DNA of 50,464 nt from Lachnospiraceae bacterium (lineage in GTDB: Bacteria; Bacillota; Clostridia; Lachnospirales; Lachnospiraceae): NCBI GenBank assembly GCA_017470735.1, contig JAFUYB010000053.1, positions 1 to 50,464 on the forward strand, in the 5' to 3' direction. Below are positions 28,167 to 37,346 of this stretch, piece after piece (positions within the stretch are counted from its first letter, which is position 1; every line of letters begins with the position of its first letter). The position numbers and the translations under genes are program-made. The notes under the pieces were generated by a model. It was not told where the DNA came from. It made no database searches and saw only the letters and a program-made list of their open reading frames with translations.

Positions 28167-29096
28167 TCAATAGGTATATTTTGTCGTGTAATTGCTGCCG
28201 TCTCCGACATAATCCTTCACCGATTCGTCGTCGTTGTTGGCGGCAAGCGTCGGATCCATCAGAGACCAGTTCTGGCCGTTAAACTGGATGATGTCGTCCA
28301 CCCAGCCCTGCTCCGCCAGATAGACGGAAATCCATGCGTGGTAGGCCGTGCCCGAATAGCCGACCTCCAGCTTGGTCGGGACGCTCTGGGAACGCAGCAT
28401 GGCGCTCATGACCGAAGCGTAATCGAAGCAGATGCCGGTCTTGGATTCTAAGGTCGCGTCCACATCGGGGATATAGTTGACCGAAATGTCGGCCGCCTTT
28501 TCATTGTCATAGGAAATATTTTCGGTGACATATTCGTACACATTGGTCACGAAATCCAGGTCATCCGAGGAGTCATTGGAAATATCGACGCCCAAAGAGA
28601 CCGCGGCGGAATCCGGTGTGTAATTGACATACTGGTTCGGATAGAGGTACGGGCGGAATTCGTCCGTCAGTGCCACATCCACGGGCTGTGAAAGCCCAAC
28701 GGAATACATATCATCCGAAACGTGCTCCAGCACATCGATCTGGTACGAACCGTCGCCGCCGGTCAGAGGCAATGTCTGGTAATCGCCGATCGGCAGGGGA
28801 TACTGATACAAAGTGCCGTCGGGATTCGTGATCTGTACCTGGATCTTGTCCGCGGCACCAGTGTATTTGACCATCACATAGCCGTCTGCCGTGTTGGAAG
28901 CATCGATGGAAATGGTATCGCCGCCGTAGACCACCTCGCCGGAGGCTTCCGGCATCAGCGTGGATGTCGTCGTCTCGCGTGTGCCGCCGGATGAGTCGTT
29001 GCTTTTGGCTTTGCCGCCGCCTTTGGAGCATCCTGAAAGGATGAGCGCGCCGGAAAGCGCAGTGACGCAAAGCAGTGATAAAAATTGTCGTTTCAT
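28167..29096 (-). CDS. Transglutaminase-like cysteine-protease-fold lipoprotein
   Basis: Lipobox LILSGCS. Catalytic triad context: GICFDYASVM, YHAWISVY and LMDPT. Confidence 0.7.
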   Translation of the reverse strand: MKRQFLSLLCVTALSGALILSGCSKGGGKAKSNDSSGGTRETTTSTLMPEASGEVVYGGDTISIDASNTADGYVMVKYTGAADKIQVQITNPDGTLYQYPLPIGDYQTLPLTGGDGSYQIDVLEHVSDDMYSVGLSQPVDVALTDEFRPYLYPNQYVNYTPDSAAVSLGVDISNDSSDDLDFVTNVYEYVTENISYDNEKAADISVNYIPDVDATLESKTGICFDYASVMSAMLRSQSVPTKLEVGYSGTAYHAWISVYLAEQGWVDDIIQFNGQNWSLMDPTLAANNDDESVKDYVGDGSNYTTKYTY

Positions 29097-29151
29097 TGGT
29101 TCCCCTCCTGATTCATAATGACCTGCCGCCGGAATATGGCGGATGTCCGTT

Positions 29152-30153
29152 TTATTTATGGTTTACGACCGCGTGCAGGACATTGCCGGTGCGGTCAGGT
29201 ATGTACACATTCAGGTAATCATCCGGATACTGGAAGATCAGCTCACCGATGATCGCGTTGTAGGATGCAGGTTCAACCTTGTTGCCCGCCGAATCGAGGG
29301 CGTATATCCGCTTCCAGTTGACGCCGCTGCCCGTATCCTTGATGTACAGATACACCTTGTCGTCCACGGTCTTGCTCGAAACCAGTTCCGGCACATCGCG
29401 GTCTACGCCGGTCACATTGGTTGTCTCGACGACCGTACGCTTGTTGAGGAAGTTGACCGTCACATCCATCTGCCCATTGGCAGTCGGCAGAATATAATAG
29501 CTCTTTTTTCCGTCCTGCAGGACAGGCATGACCTTGTCGCCGATCTGCGCCGTCGCCGTGTCCACGGGAATGAACGAATCGATAGTGAAAGTGTATTTCA
29601 ACTGCCCGCTTTTCGCTGCCGCCTTGTCGATGTCGAGCGTGTATTCCGGCGTGATCGTAAACAGCGGAATCGCGGCAAAGCAGAGGATGATGAAAAACAC
29701 AAAATACCGCTGCAATGCGTGTCTCTGCATCCGGTATTCATTGTACTCGATCAGTGTCACAAGCGGAATCGTGTTTGGTTTGCGTCCTTCCTCATAAAAG
29801 ACGAATTCTAAAAGCCGCTCGGCATCGTCCAGAGAAAAATCCGGTATTTTCGGACGGCCTTTGGGCGGGACAATGTCCATCGCATCGGCAAGCACCTCGC
29901 ACATTTCGATGTTCATATTGTTCATCCACTTGATGAAATTCTCCGACCGGTTGAGCCGGCTGATCGAGTGCAGGGCGTTTAAATAGATATCAAGGAGCGT
30001 ATCCTGCACTAACGCCTTGTCCCAAAGATAGCTGTATGCCAGCTTGTACTGCTCTTCGTAAGTAATGGCAAAAAGACTCGCAAAGGCATTGCTGTCTTGG
30101 AGTCTGGCATCTTTCACAAGGGATGCAATATATTTGAAATCGATACTTGCCAA
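29152..30153 (-). CDS. Membrane protein with an N-terminal sigma-70 region-2-like domain only (no region 4), one TM helix and a C-terminal extracytoplasmic domain
   Basis: The first ~90 aa (LVKDARLQDSNAFASLFAITYEEQYKLAYSYLWDKALVQDTLLDIYLNAL...FIKWMNNM) match the ECF sigma region-2 pattern. The TM helix is YFVFFIILCFAAIPLF. Confidence 0.55.
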   Translation of the reverse strand: MASIDFKYIASLVKDARLQDSNAFASLFAITYEEQYKLAYSYLWDKALVQDTLLDIYLNALHSISRLNRSENFIKWMNNMNIEMCEVLADAMDIVPPKGRPKIPDFSLDDAERLLEFVFYEEGRKPNTIPLVTLIEYNEYRMQRHALQRYFVFFIILCFAAIPLFTITPEYTLDIDKAAAKSGQLKYTFTIDSFIPVDTATAQIGDKVMPVLQDGKKSYYILPTANGQMDVTVNFLNKRTVVETTNVTGVDRDVPELVSSKTVDDKVYLYIKDTGSGVNWKRIYALDSAGNKVEPASYNAIIGELIFQYPDDYLNVYIPDRTGNVLHAVVNHK

Positions 30154-30195
30154 AGGAGCAACACCTTCCTTTGCCTGGATAATCCAAAAACGCCG

Positions 30196-31128
30196 TTACA
30201 ATGCCATCCGCTGGCGGAACAGCTGTACGCGTGTCCGCTTCGTGTCGAGCATCTGCAGCTTCTGCGCGCCGATCAGCGCGATGTCCTCCTGCGTGAAGGT
30301 CACGGAAAGAGGCAGGGGTTCGAGCTGTTCTTCTTCGATCAGCTCCTCAAACGGAATGATTTCCTGCAGCAGCTTTTCATTTTCGCTCTGTTCTTCTTCG
30401 ACAGCGGCTTCGCCGCGGACTTTCTCGGTCAGACGGTTGGATGAAAGAGCAATCAACCGCGTGATCGAGGTGATATCGTCCCGCGCGGCATAGGCCACGC
30501 CAAATTCGTACTCGATGTGATGGTTCTTGGTATTGGCATTGTAATCCCGCACTTTATCCGCCAGGCGGTCCAAAAAGACCGCGAGATGCAGATCGGAGCT
30601 TTTTTCATATAATATAATGAAGCGGTTGCCGCCGTTGCGTCCGACGATGCATTCGTCCAGTGAAGCCATCGACAGAATGATCGAAAAGGCGCGGATCAGG
30701 TTGTTGCCCTCAACGCGTCCATAGTTGGAGTTGACCTCTTTTAATGAAGTCAATTCGATCATCGCGGCGCCCATCTCGCCCGGAATGTCCTTGTCAGCGT
30801 ATTCATCGATGATCGAGTCGATCGAATAGCGGTTGGCGATCCGCGCGACCGAGTCGGTATTGGCGGCTGCGGTCAGGCTCGCTAAATTTTCGTTCTGTTT
30901 TGAGTATAGGGAGAAATCGACAAAGATGCAAGCAAAACTCAAAAAAAGTGATACCCAAAGGAAAATACACAGATGCATGACATTTTTATCCGTGGTGATC
31001 TGCTGGTAGATATCGCTTGCGATGACGATTTGGTAGAAGCAGACGCCTGCGAAGGCCATGAAGACGACGAGTTCTAAGGTTTTCATTTGGTCGAATTTTT
31101 TCATTTGTACACACACCTTTCTCAGCAC
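30196..31128 (-). CDS. Membrane protein with a degenerate GGDEF domain (GGNRF in place of GG[DE]EF)
   Basis: Two N-terminal TM helices. DSVARIANRYSIDS...RVEGNNLIRAF...IVGRNGGNRFIILYE. Confidence 0.6.
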   Translation of the reverse strand: MLRKVCVQMKKFDQMKTLELVVFMAFAGVCFYQIVIASDIYQQITTDKNVMHLCIFLWVSLFLSFACIFVDFSLYSKQNENLASLTAAANTDSVARIANRYSIDSIIDEYADKDIPGEMGAAMIELTSLKEVNSNYGRVEGNNLIRAFSIILSMASLDECIVGRNGGNRFIILYEKSSDLHLAVFLDRLADKVRDYNANTKNHHIEYEFGVAYAARDDITSITRLIALSSNRLTEKVRGEAAVEEEQSENEKLLQEIIPFEELIEEEQLEPLPLSVTFTQEDIALIGAQKLQMLDTKRTRVQLFRQRMAL

Positions 31129-31177
31129 AATAGAACTTTAGCTGTCTACTCCACACATAGTAGACTCTTGCATCAAC

Positions 31178-32509
31178 TTAAATGCCGATGGCGATATCGA
31201 GGAAAAATTCGCTGTCGGTTGTCGAAATTCGTAAAGTTCCGTTATATTTATCGACCGTTTCGCGGATTGACTGAAGACCTATTCCGTGATGTTTTTCTTT
31301 TTTTGACGAAAAAGTGGGATTTTCGCCGGTTGTATCTAAAATCAACTCACCGTCATAGCTGTTTGAGGAGACGATGTAGAGCATCGAATCGTTCTGGATG
31401 CGGATGGAGATCGAAAATTTCCGCGCGGCGACAGGGGCGTCCTTGGCGGCGTCGATCGCGTTTTCCATGATGTTGCCGAGCAGGGAACAGAATTCCGGAT
31501 CGCTCATGGGAAGCGGACGGGGCAGGTCGACCTGCAGGCTGGCGATCACGCCTTCTTCGGCGGCGCGGGTCTCGTAATAATTCAGAACGGCGTTGATCGC
31601 CGGATTTTTGCAGTATTTTTGCATGATCGTGCCGGCGCTTTCTTTGGCGTATTCACGGATGTAGCTGCGCAGACCTTCGGTATCGCCGGAGGCCGCAAGC
31701 TGTGAGAGCAGGTGCAGCGTATGCTTGAAGTCGTGGCGGGCGTGGCGGTCGGATTCGATCTGTGACAGCAGGCTCTTGTACTGCAGGCTTTGGATATCAG
31801 AAAGCCGCTGCGCCTCTTTGTACTCGCTGATGTGAATGTATTCCAGCAGGTAGGAGTAAAAGATCGAGGTCAGGTAAGCGTAGAGGACGAACAGGGAGAC
31901 CGAGAAAAACAGGTAGGTGCCGTATTGCGAATAGGCGTGCAGGACACGGTAATCATTCGGCAGCATCGCGATATTCAGCCCGAGAAACAATATCGGTACG
32001 GAAAGCCAACCCATCCAGAGGCTTTCCGGCGTATAGTGAGGTGAAAAAATACGGCTGTCCCATTTTGCGACGACGAAATACGCATAGAGGCAGAGCGCGA
32101 TATTTAAAACCAGGTGCATCGTAAATTCATTTACCCCGAAGGACATCGTGACATGCTTCGGGTGAGCCGCCGCATCGATCAGGCTGGTGATATTTGCCGG
32201 AAACATCATCAATACCACTGCCCACAGGTAGACGGTCAGGCTCCGCGCGGGCGTCAGATCGACGGAGAAGAAAAATATCGGAAAATAAATCGCGAAAAAG
32301 ACCAGAAGCGCCCGGTTGTCGATCAGAAAGGTGTGCGTCTGTATCAGTGACATTGCCGGTACGCAGGCGAGGCTGAAAACGGCGCAGTCAAGCACCAGTA
32401 CCGTCGTGGAAATACGCAGGGCAGGTTTTGCGATGATGTAGGCGCAGAAAAAGACACAGAGCAGCTCAAATAAGGCGGAAAGGCTGTTGTAATCGGAAAA
32501 ACCGTTCAT
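31178..32509 (-). CDS. Sensor histidine kinase of the AgrC/LytS-type (HPK10), partner of the LytTR regulator
   Basis: Polytopic N-terminus. H-box RHARHDFKHTL. HATPase G-box HHGIGLQSIRE. Confidence 0.8.
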   Translation of the reverse strand: MNGFSDYNSLSALFELLCVFFCAYIIAKPALRISTTVLVLDCAVFSLACVPAMSLIQTHTFLIDNRALLVFFAIYFPIFFFSVDLTPARSLTVYLWAVVLMMFPANITSLIDAAAHPKHVTMSFGVNEFTMHLVLNIALCLYAYFVVAKWDSRIFSPHYTPESLWMGWLSVPILFLGLNIAMLPNDYRVLHAYSQYGTYLFFSVSLFVLYAYLTSIFYSYLLEYIHISEYKEAQRLSDIQSLQYKSLLSQIESDRHARHDFKHTLHLLSQLAASGDTEGLRSYIREYAKESAGTIMQKYCKNPAINAVLNYYETRAAEEGVIASLQVDLPRPLPMSDPEFCSLLGNIMENAIDAAKDAPVAARKFSISIRIQNDSMLYIVSSNSYDGELILDTTGENPTFSSKKEKHHGIGLQSIRETVDKYNGTLRISTTDSEFFLDIAIGI

Positions 32510-33237
32510 TATTTCTGCCCCTCCCGAAGCTGGTCAAACATGTAATTCTGCCATTGCTGCTCGATCTGTCCCGCTTCCCTTACCTTGATCGGGAATGAGG
32601 TGCCGTCGGTCAGGGAGCAGCTCCCTTTTTCGATGCGGCGGATCTGGTCCATATTGACGACGATCCCTTTGTTGATGATCAAAAAGCGCTTGTCCCCGTT
32701 GACAGACCCGAGGAATTCTTTGGTGGTCATCCGTGTCGTATATTCTTCGCCGCTGCGCGCTTTGATATGCAGGTAATGTCCCTGGCTCTGCGTCCAGACC
32801 AGTTCGGAGAGCGGCAGGCGGATTTCCTGGCGGTTGGACAAGAAAGAAATGTACTTTGTCAGCTCAGGAAGCACTTTTTCGGCATCCGCTAAAAGCGTCG
32901 TCACCCGCTCCTGGGAGATCGGCTTGACGAGATAATCAAAGGCGTGGAAGCGAAACGCTTCGGGCATATTTTCCCTGCTTGTCGTGCAGAAAATGATCAT
33001 CGTGCTTTCGGAGGTGCCGCGGATCTTGCGGGCAAGCTCCAGCCCGTCGGTTTCATCGATGTAGATATCCAGAAATACGATCTGGTAGGAATCCGGGGAA
33101 AACGCCGATAAAAAGGAAGCGCTGTCAGAGAACCCGTCGACCGTCATGGAGATGCCGAGACTGTCCGCGGACAGCGCAAGCAGGTCGCGCAGTGTGCGGA
33201 TAGCTTCTATTTCGTCGTCTACAACAGCAACTCGCAT
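32509..33237 (-). CDS. LytTR-family response regulator
   Basis: AAGGGGGA RBS + ATG at 33237. Receiver domain (VAVVDDE...FLDIYIDE) plus LytTR domain (LSELVWTQSQGHYLHI...KRFLIINKGIVVNMDQI). Confidence 0.8.
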   Translation of the reverse strand: MRVAVVDDEIEAIRTLRDLLALSADSLGISMTVDGFSDSASFLSAFSPDSYQIVFLDIYIDETDGLELARKIRGTSESTMIIFCTTSRENMPEAFRFHAFDYLVKPISQERVTTLLADAEKVLPELTKYISFLSNRQEIRLPLSELVWTQSQGHYLHIKARSGEEYTTRMTTKEFLGSVNGDKRFLIINKGIVVNMDQIRRIEKGSCSLTDGTSFPIKVREAGQIEQQWQNYMFDQLREGQK

Positions 33238-33375
33238 GGCAATCCCCCTTTTTGCGTTCACATTTTGCCAGAGCCTTCGCCATAGCCGTCCAGGCTGTGC
33301 TGAACCGTTTCCGCTATGGAGAATTAAATGCTATTATAATTCATTTTCAGGGGAAAGAAAAGTGGTGGGAATATT

Positions 33376-33428
33376 TGAAAATAAAAAACGCCGGCGGCCA
33401 CGGGATATGTGGGACCGCCGACGGAGAA
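33376..33428 (-). terminator. Rho-independent terminator after the ECF S-component gene
   Basis: On the minus strand: CGGCGG-tcccacatatcccgtgg-CCGCCG followed by GCGTTTTTTATTTT. Confidence 0.6.
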
Positions 33429-33431
33429 GTT

Positions 33432-33938
33432 TTATAAGAGCGGGAACAGCACCAGTGCGATGATCACGCCGAATACGCCCTGGAGCAAATTGAACGGAAG
33501 ACCCGCTGCGGCGGCAGGGGGACCGTAAAGCGCGCTTTCAAACAGAAAGTAGCCGAGCACCATGCAGATTTCCCCTGCAATGCCTGCCAAAGCCAGATGC
33601 AGGCGATCACGGGCGCGGAGCGTATGCAGTAATTTGGTATAGAGCAGGCTTGCGGTCAGCGCGGTCACGCCTTTGATGACCAGCGTCGCCGGGGCATACA
33701 CGAGGTAGCCCGAGAGCAGATCCGCAAGGGCGCTGCCTGCCCCCGCGGCAAAGGTGCCGTACACCGGACCGAGCAAAAAGCCCGACAGCAGGACCAACCC
33801 GTCGCCGGGATGGATGTATCCGCCGGTCGCCGGAACCGGGAGCTTGATGATCATCGTGCTCACTGCCGTCAGCGCGGTCAGCAGGGCGGTGATGGTCAGG
33901 CGTTGGACTTTGTCTGTGGGGTATAATTTCATAATCAT
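33432..33938 (-). CDS. ECF-transporter substrate-specific (S) component, possibly FolT given the leader
   Basis: AAGGAG RBS + ATGATTATG. About 6 TM helices. Gly/Ala-rich S-component-like helices. Confidence 0.6.
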   Translation of the reverse strand: MIMKLYPTDKVQRLTITALLTALTAVSTMIIKLPVPATGGYIHPGDGLVLLSGFLLGPVYGTFAAGAGSALADLLSGYLVYAPATLVIKGVTALTASLLYTKLLHTLRARDRLHLALAGIAGEICMVLGYFLFESALYGPPAAAAGLPFNLLQGVFGVIIALVLFPLL

Positions 33939-33962
33939 TCTCCTTGTAAACTTGTAACCTGG

Positions 33963-34099
33963 GAAAAATGCATATATATTATCATTCCGGAACGCTCTCG
34001 CTTCGGCACTCACGCAACGGTACTAAATTCGTGCCTTGCACTCATTAAGTGCCGGCGTTCGTAACGATCCGTAATAATATATGTATGCATTTTTCCCAA
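33963..34099 (-). ncRNA. Riboswitch-like structured leader, probably a THF (tetrahydrofolate) riboswitch, enclosed by a ~35-bp imperfect AU-rich stem
   Basis: The minus-strand RNA contains ...GCCGGCACUUAAUGAGUGCAAGGCACG...GUUGCGUGAGUGCCGAAGCGAGAGCGUUCCGG.... The CGAAGCGAGAGCG core matches my recollection of the THF aptamer. Flanking inverted repeats are gggaaaaatgcatatatattatcattccggaacg and cgtaacgatccgtaataatatatgtatgcatttttccc. Confidence 0.5.
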
Positions 34100-34301
34100 T
34101 ATACTTTCTGTAAATTTTAGATTAACGGTACTACAGATATCCTAGCACAAATATTTTGGAGAGTAAAATAGAAAATAATTATTACCACCGATAGTCACAA
34201 GGGAAATTTTGTGGTATGATATTTGAAGTGTGGAAAGAGGGGCCTTTTTATAGAAGATAATGGTGTGTGTTTTGGCTGGCTTGTGTGTGGCGAGGTGAAA
34301 G

Positions 34302-35540
34302 ATGTTTTATCCGGAAAAAGGGAAAAAATATGTGCGGATTCGCAAGAATCACCGGAACTATCAGGAAGAGATGCTGAAGAAACGTTGGATAAAGACGGCT
34401 GTTATTTTAGTGATCGTAGTTGCACTTGTCGGGGCAGGCGTCTTTTTTCGCGTGCCGCAGAAGCTCGCGACGGCAGCGGTAAATGTCTATGGGCAGCTGC
34501 AGAGCGGAAAAAAGGTGACGAAAAAGGAGCCAAAGGCAGCGACAGAACCGGAGCAGGAAGAGGTCGTTGAGGAGCCGGAGGAGGAAGTGATCGAGCCTGC
34601 CACGCTGATTTTTACGGGCGATGTGGAGTTGTCCACCTATGTGCAGGCGAATTATGACGCGTCCGGGATCGATGGCGTGACGAGCGCGGCGCTCCGCAAA
34701 GAGCTTAAAGCGGCGGATATTGCGGCGGTCAACAATGAATTCGCTTTCTCCGAGCGCGGTACGGCGGCGGACAAGCAGTACACCTTCCGTGTCGCGCCGC
34801 ATTATGTGTCAGCGCTCAATGAATTAGGGATTGATGTCGCGGGACTTGCCAACAATCATTCTTTGGATTACGGGCAGGACGCGCTTTTGGATACGATTCA
34901 GACCTTAAACGACGCAGGCATTGACAATACCGGCGCAGGCAACAGCATGGATGAGGCGGCGCGGCTTGTCGTCAAAGAGATTGACGGCATCCGCTATGGC
35001 TTTTTGGCGTGTTCGCGGGTGATTCCCTATGCGAGCTGGGATGTGCGCAATGTACAGCCGGGCTTGTTTACCTGCTATGACCCGTCGGAGCTGATCGCGC
35101 GGACGCAGGCGGCAAAGGAGCAGTGCGATTATCTGTTTGTGCTTGTCCATTGGGGAATCGAGCATACGACACAGCTTGAAGCCTACCAGAGCCAGATCGG
35201 ACAGGCGGTGATCGATGCCGGCGCGGATGCGGTCATCGGCGCGCATCCCCATGTGCTGCAGGGGATCGAATATTACAACGGCAAGCCGATCTTTTACAGC
35301 CTCGGCAATTTCATTTTCAATCAGGACATTGACCAGACGGCGATCGTCAAAGTGACAGCCGATCCGGAGGCAGGATTGAGCTTTTCCCTGATTCCGGCCT
35401 ATGCTCGCAACGCCACGACGCGCCTTGCCAGCGAGACCGAAGCGGCAGGCTACGACAAGACCGAAGAAATACTGAATACATTGCGTGAGTTATCACCCAA
35501 TGTAGAAATAGACGAAAACGGAAATATGTCAGAAAGATAA
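34302..35540 (+). CDS. capA: CapA/PGA_cap-family metallophosphatase-fold protein (poly-gamma-glutamate capsule-synthesis-like), membrane-anchored
   Basis: LIFTGDVELS...VNNEFAFSERG...ANNHSLDYG...GAHPHVLQGIEYYNGKPIFYSLGNFIF. Confidence 0.75.
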   Translation: MFYPEKGKKYVRIRKNHRNYQEEMLKKRWIKTAVILVIVVALVGAGVFFRVPQKLATAAVNVYGQLQSGKKVTKKEPKAATEPEQEEVVEEPEEEVIEPATLIFTGDVELSTYVQANYDASGIDGVTSAALRKELKAADIAAVNNEFAFSERGTAADKQYTFRVAPHYVSALNELGIDVAGLANNHSLDYGQDALLDTIQTLNDAGIDNTGAGNSMDEAARLVVKEIDGIRYGFLACSRVIPYASWDVRNVQPGLFTCYDPSELIARTQAAKEQCDYLFVLVHWGIEHTTQLEAYQSQIGQAVIDAGADAVIGAHPHVLQGIEYYNGKPIFYSLGNFIFNQDIDQTAIVKVTADPEAGLSFSLIPAYARNATTRLASETEAAGYDKTEEILNTLRELSPNVEIDENGNMSER

Positions 35541-35780
35541 TGTTGTAATCAGAAAAGTGAGCGTGTGATGAGATAATAAGGAGTTTTCTTTAAGTGAAAT
35601 GGAGATGAAATCGCCGCTTACTTGAGACACGATTTTACACCATGAACCAAAGCCGTCGGTGAATGGTGCAGAAAATCGATGTCGATGTTAGCGGGGAGTT
35701 CATCGGAATGGTCTGAGCGCAGAAAAATCCTTATTATCTCATCATACGCGCAGTTTCCGGAAAAGAAAGGAAAATCTTAA

Positions 35781-36695
35781 ATGCAACACCTAATGAGCCC
35801 AATGGATATGACAGTCGACGAGCTTGAAGACCTGATGCGGCTGGCAGAGTCCATCGAATCGGATCCGGCGAAATACGCCCACGCCTGTGACGGCCGCATT
35901 CTCGCGACCTGTTTTTATGAACCCTCCACCCGTACCCGCTTATCCTTTGAATCGGCGATGCTGCGGCTTGGCGGGCAGGTGCTCGGCTTTGCGGACGCGG
36001 ATTCCTCATCAGCGGCAAAAGGAGAGAGCGTTTCCGATACGATACGGATCGTTTCCTCTTATGCGGACATCTGTGCCATGCGCCATCCCAAGGAAGGCGC
36101 TCCGCTGGTTGCGTCTTCAAGATCCCTGATCCCGGTTATCAATGCGGGGGACGGCGGACACGAGCATCCGACCCAGACTCTGACGGATCTTTATACGATC
36201 CACAGCTTAAAAGGCGGCATCGGCCATTTGACGATCGGACTGTGCGGCGACCTCAAATTCGGCCGTACCGTCCATTCCCTGATCAATGCGCTGGTGCGTT
36301 ATCCGGATATTACCTTTGTGCTGATCTCACCGGAAGAGCTTAAAATTCCAAGCTATCTCCGTGAGGATGTGCTGATGGCGAACCATATCCCGTTCACCGA
36401 AGTGGAAAAACTCGAAGACGCGATGCCCGACCTTGACATCCTCTATATGACGCGTGTCCAGAAAGAGCGTTTCTTCAATGAAGAAGATTACCTGCGGATG
36501 AAAGGGTTCTACATTTTAGATAAAGAAAAACTGACCCTTGCAAAAGAGGATATGCTCATCCTCCATCCGCTCCCCCGCGTCAATGAAATCTCCGTGGAAG
36601 TCGACGACGACCCGCGTGCGGTGTACTTTAAGCAGGCGAAGAAGGGAGTCTTTATTCGTCAAGCACTCATTTTACGACTGCTTGAGATAGCGTAA
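35781..36695 (+). CDS. pyrB: Aspartate carbamoyltransferase catalytic subunit
   Basis: [13 protein letters not shown], and HPLPR present. Confidence 0.9.
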   Translation: MQHLMSPMDMTVDELEDLMRLAESIESDPAKYAHACDGRILATCFYEPSTRTRLSFESAMLRLGGQVLGFADADSSSAAKGESVSDTIRIVSSYADICAMRHPKEGAPLVASSRSLIPVINAGDGGHEHPTQTLTDLYTIHSLKGGIGHLTIGLCGDLKFGRTVHSLINALVRYPDITFVLISPEELKIPSYLREDVLMANHIPFTEVEKLEDAMPDLDILYMTRVQKERFFNEEDYLRMKGFYILDKEKLTLAKEDMLILHPLPRVNEISVEVDDDPRAVYFKQAKKGVFIRQALILRLLEIA

Positions 36696-36808
36696 ATGAT
36701 AGATAGCAATTTATATTTATAATTTCACAGGATTGTAAGCCGCTGGAATGGTCTGAGTGCAGAAAAGCACCCAATCATTTTAGCGGCATAGCAAGAGAAA
36801 GGAACGAT

Positions 36809-37264
36809 ATGCTCAACATCAGCGGCATCAACGAAGGCTATGTCCTCGACCACATCCGTGCGGGAATGAGCCTCCAAATCTACCACGACCTCAAGCTCGA
36901 CACCCTCGAAGACTGCATGGTCGCGATGATCACCAATGCAAAAAGCAACAAAATGGGGCGCAAAGACATCATCAAAGTCGAATGCCCGATCGATGCAATC
37001 GACCTTGACATTCTCGGATATCTCGACCACAATATCACGGTCAACATCATCAAAGACGACCGGATCGTCGAAAAGCGCGCGCTGGCATTGCCCAAGCAGA
37101 TCAAAAATGTCATCCGCTGCAAGAATCCGCGCTGCATCACAAGCATCGAGCAGGAGCTGGACCAGATTTTCATTCTGACGGATGAAGAGCGTGAGATTTA
37201 CCGCTGCAAATACTGTGAAGAGCGTTACCGCGGGCACCACCGGAGGCATGCGTCAAAACGCTAA
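36809..37264 (+). CDS. pyrI: Aspartate carbamoyltransferase regulatory subunit
   Basis: N-terminal allosteric domain plus a C-terminal zinc domain (CKNPRC...CKYC). Confidence 0.85.
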   Translation: MLNISGINEGYVLDHIRAGMSLQIYHDLKLDTLEDCMVAMITNAKSNKMGRKDIIKVECPIDAIDLDILGYLDHNITVNIIKDDRIVEKRALALPKQIKNVIRCKNPRCITSIEQELDQIFILTDEEREIYRCKYCEERYRGHHRRHASKR

Positions 37265-37346
37265 ATAGGCAAGATTTTCATATGTTCCTGATGCGGCAAA
37301 TGATGGCACGCTGATGGAACAAGAGACAAATGGTAAGGAGCAACAG

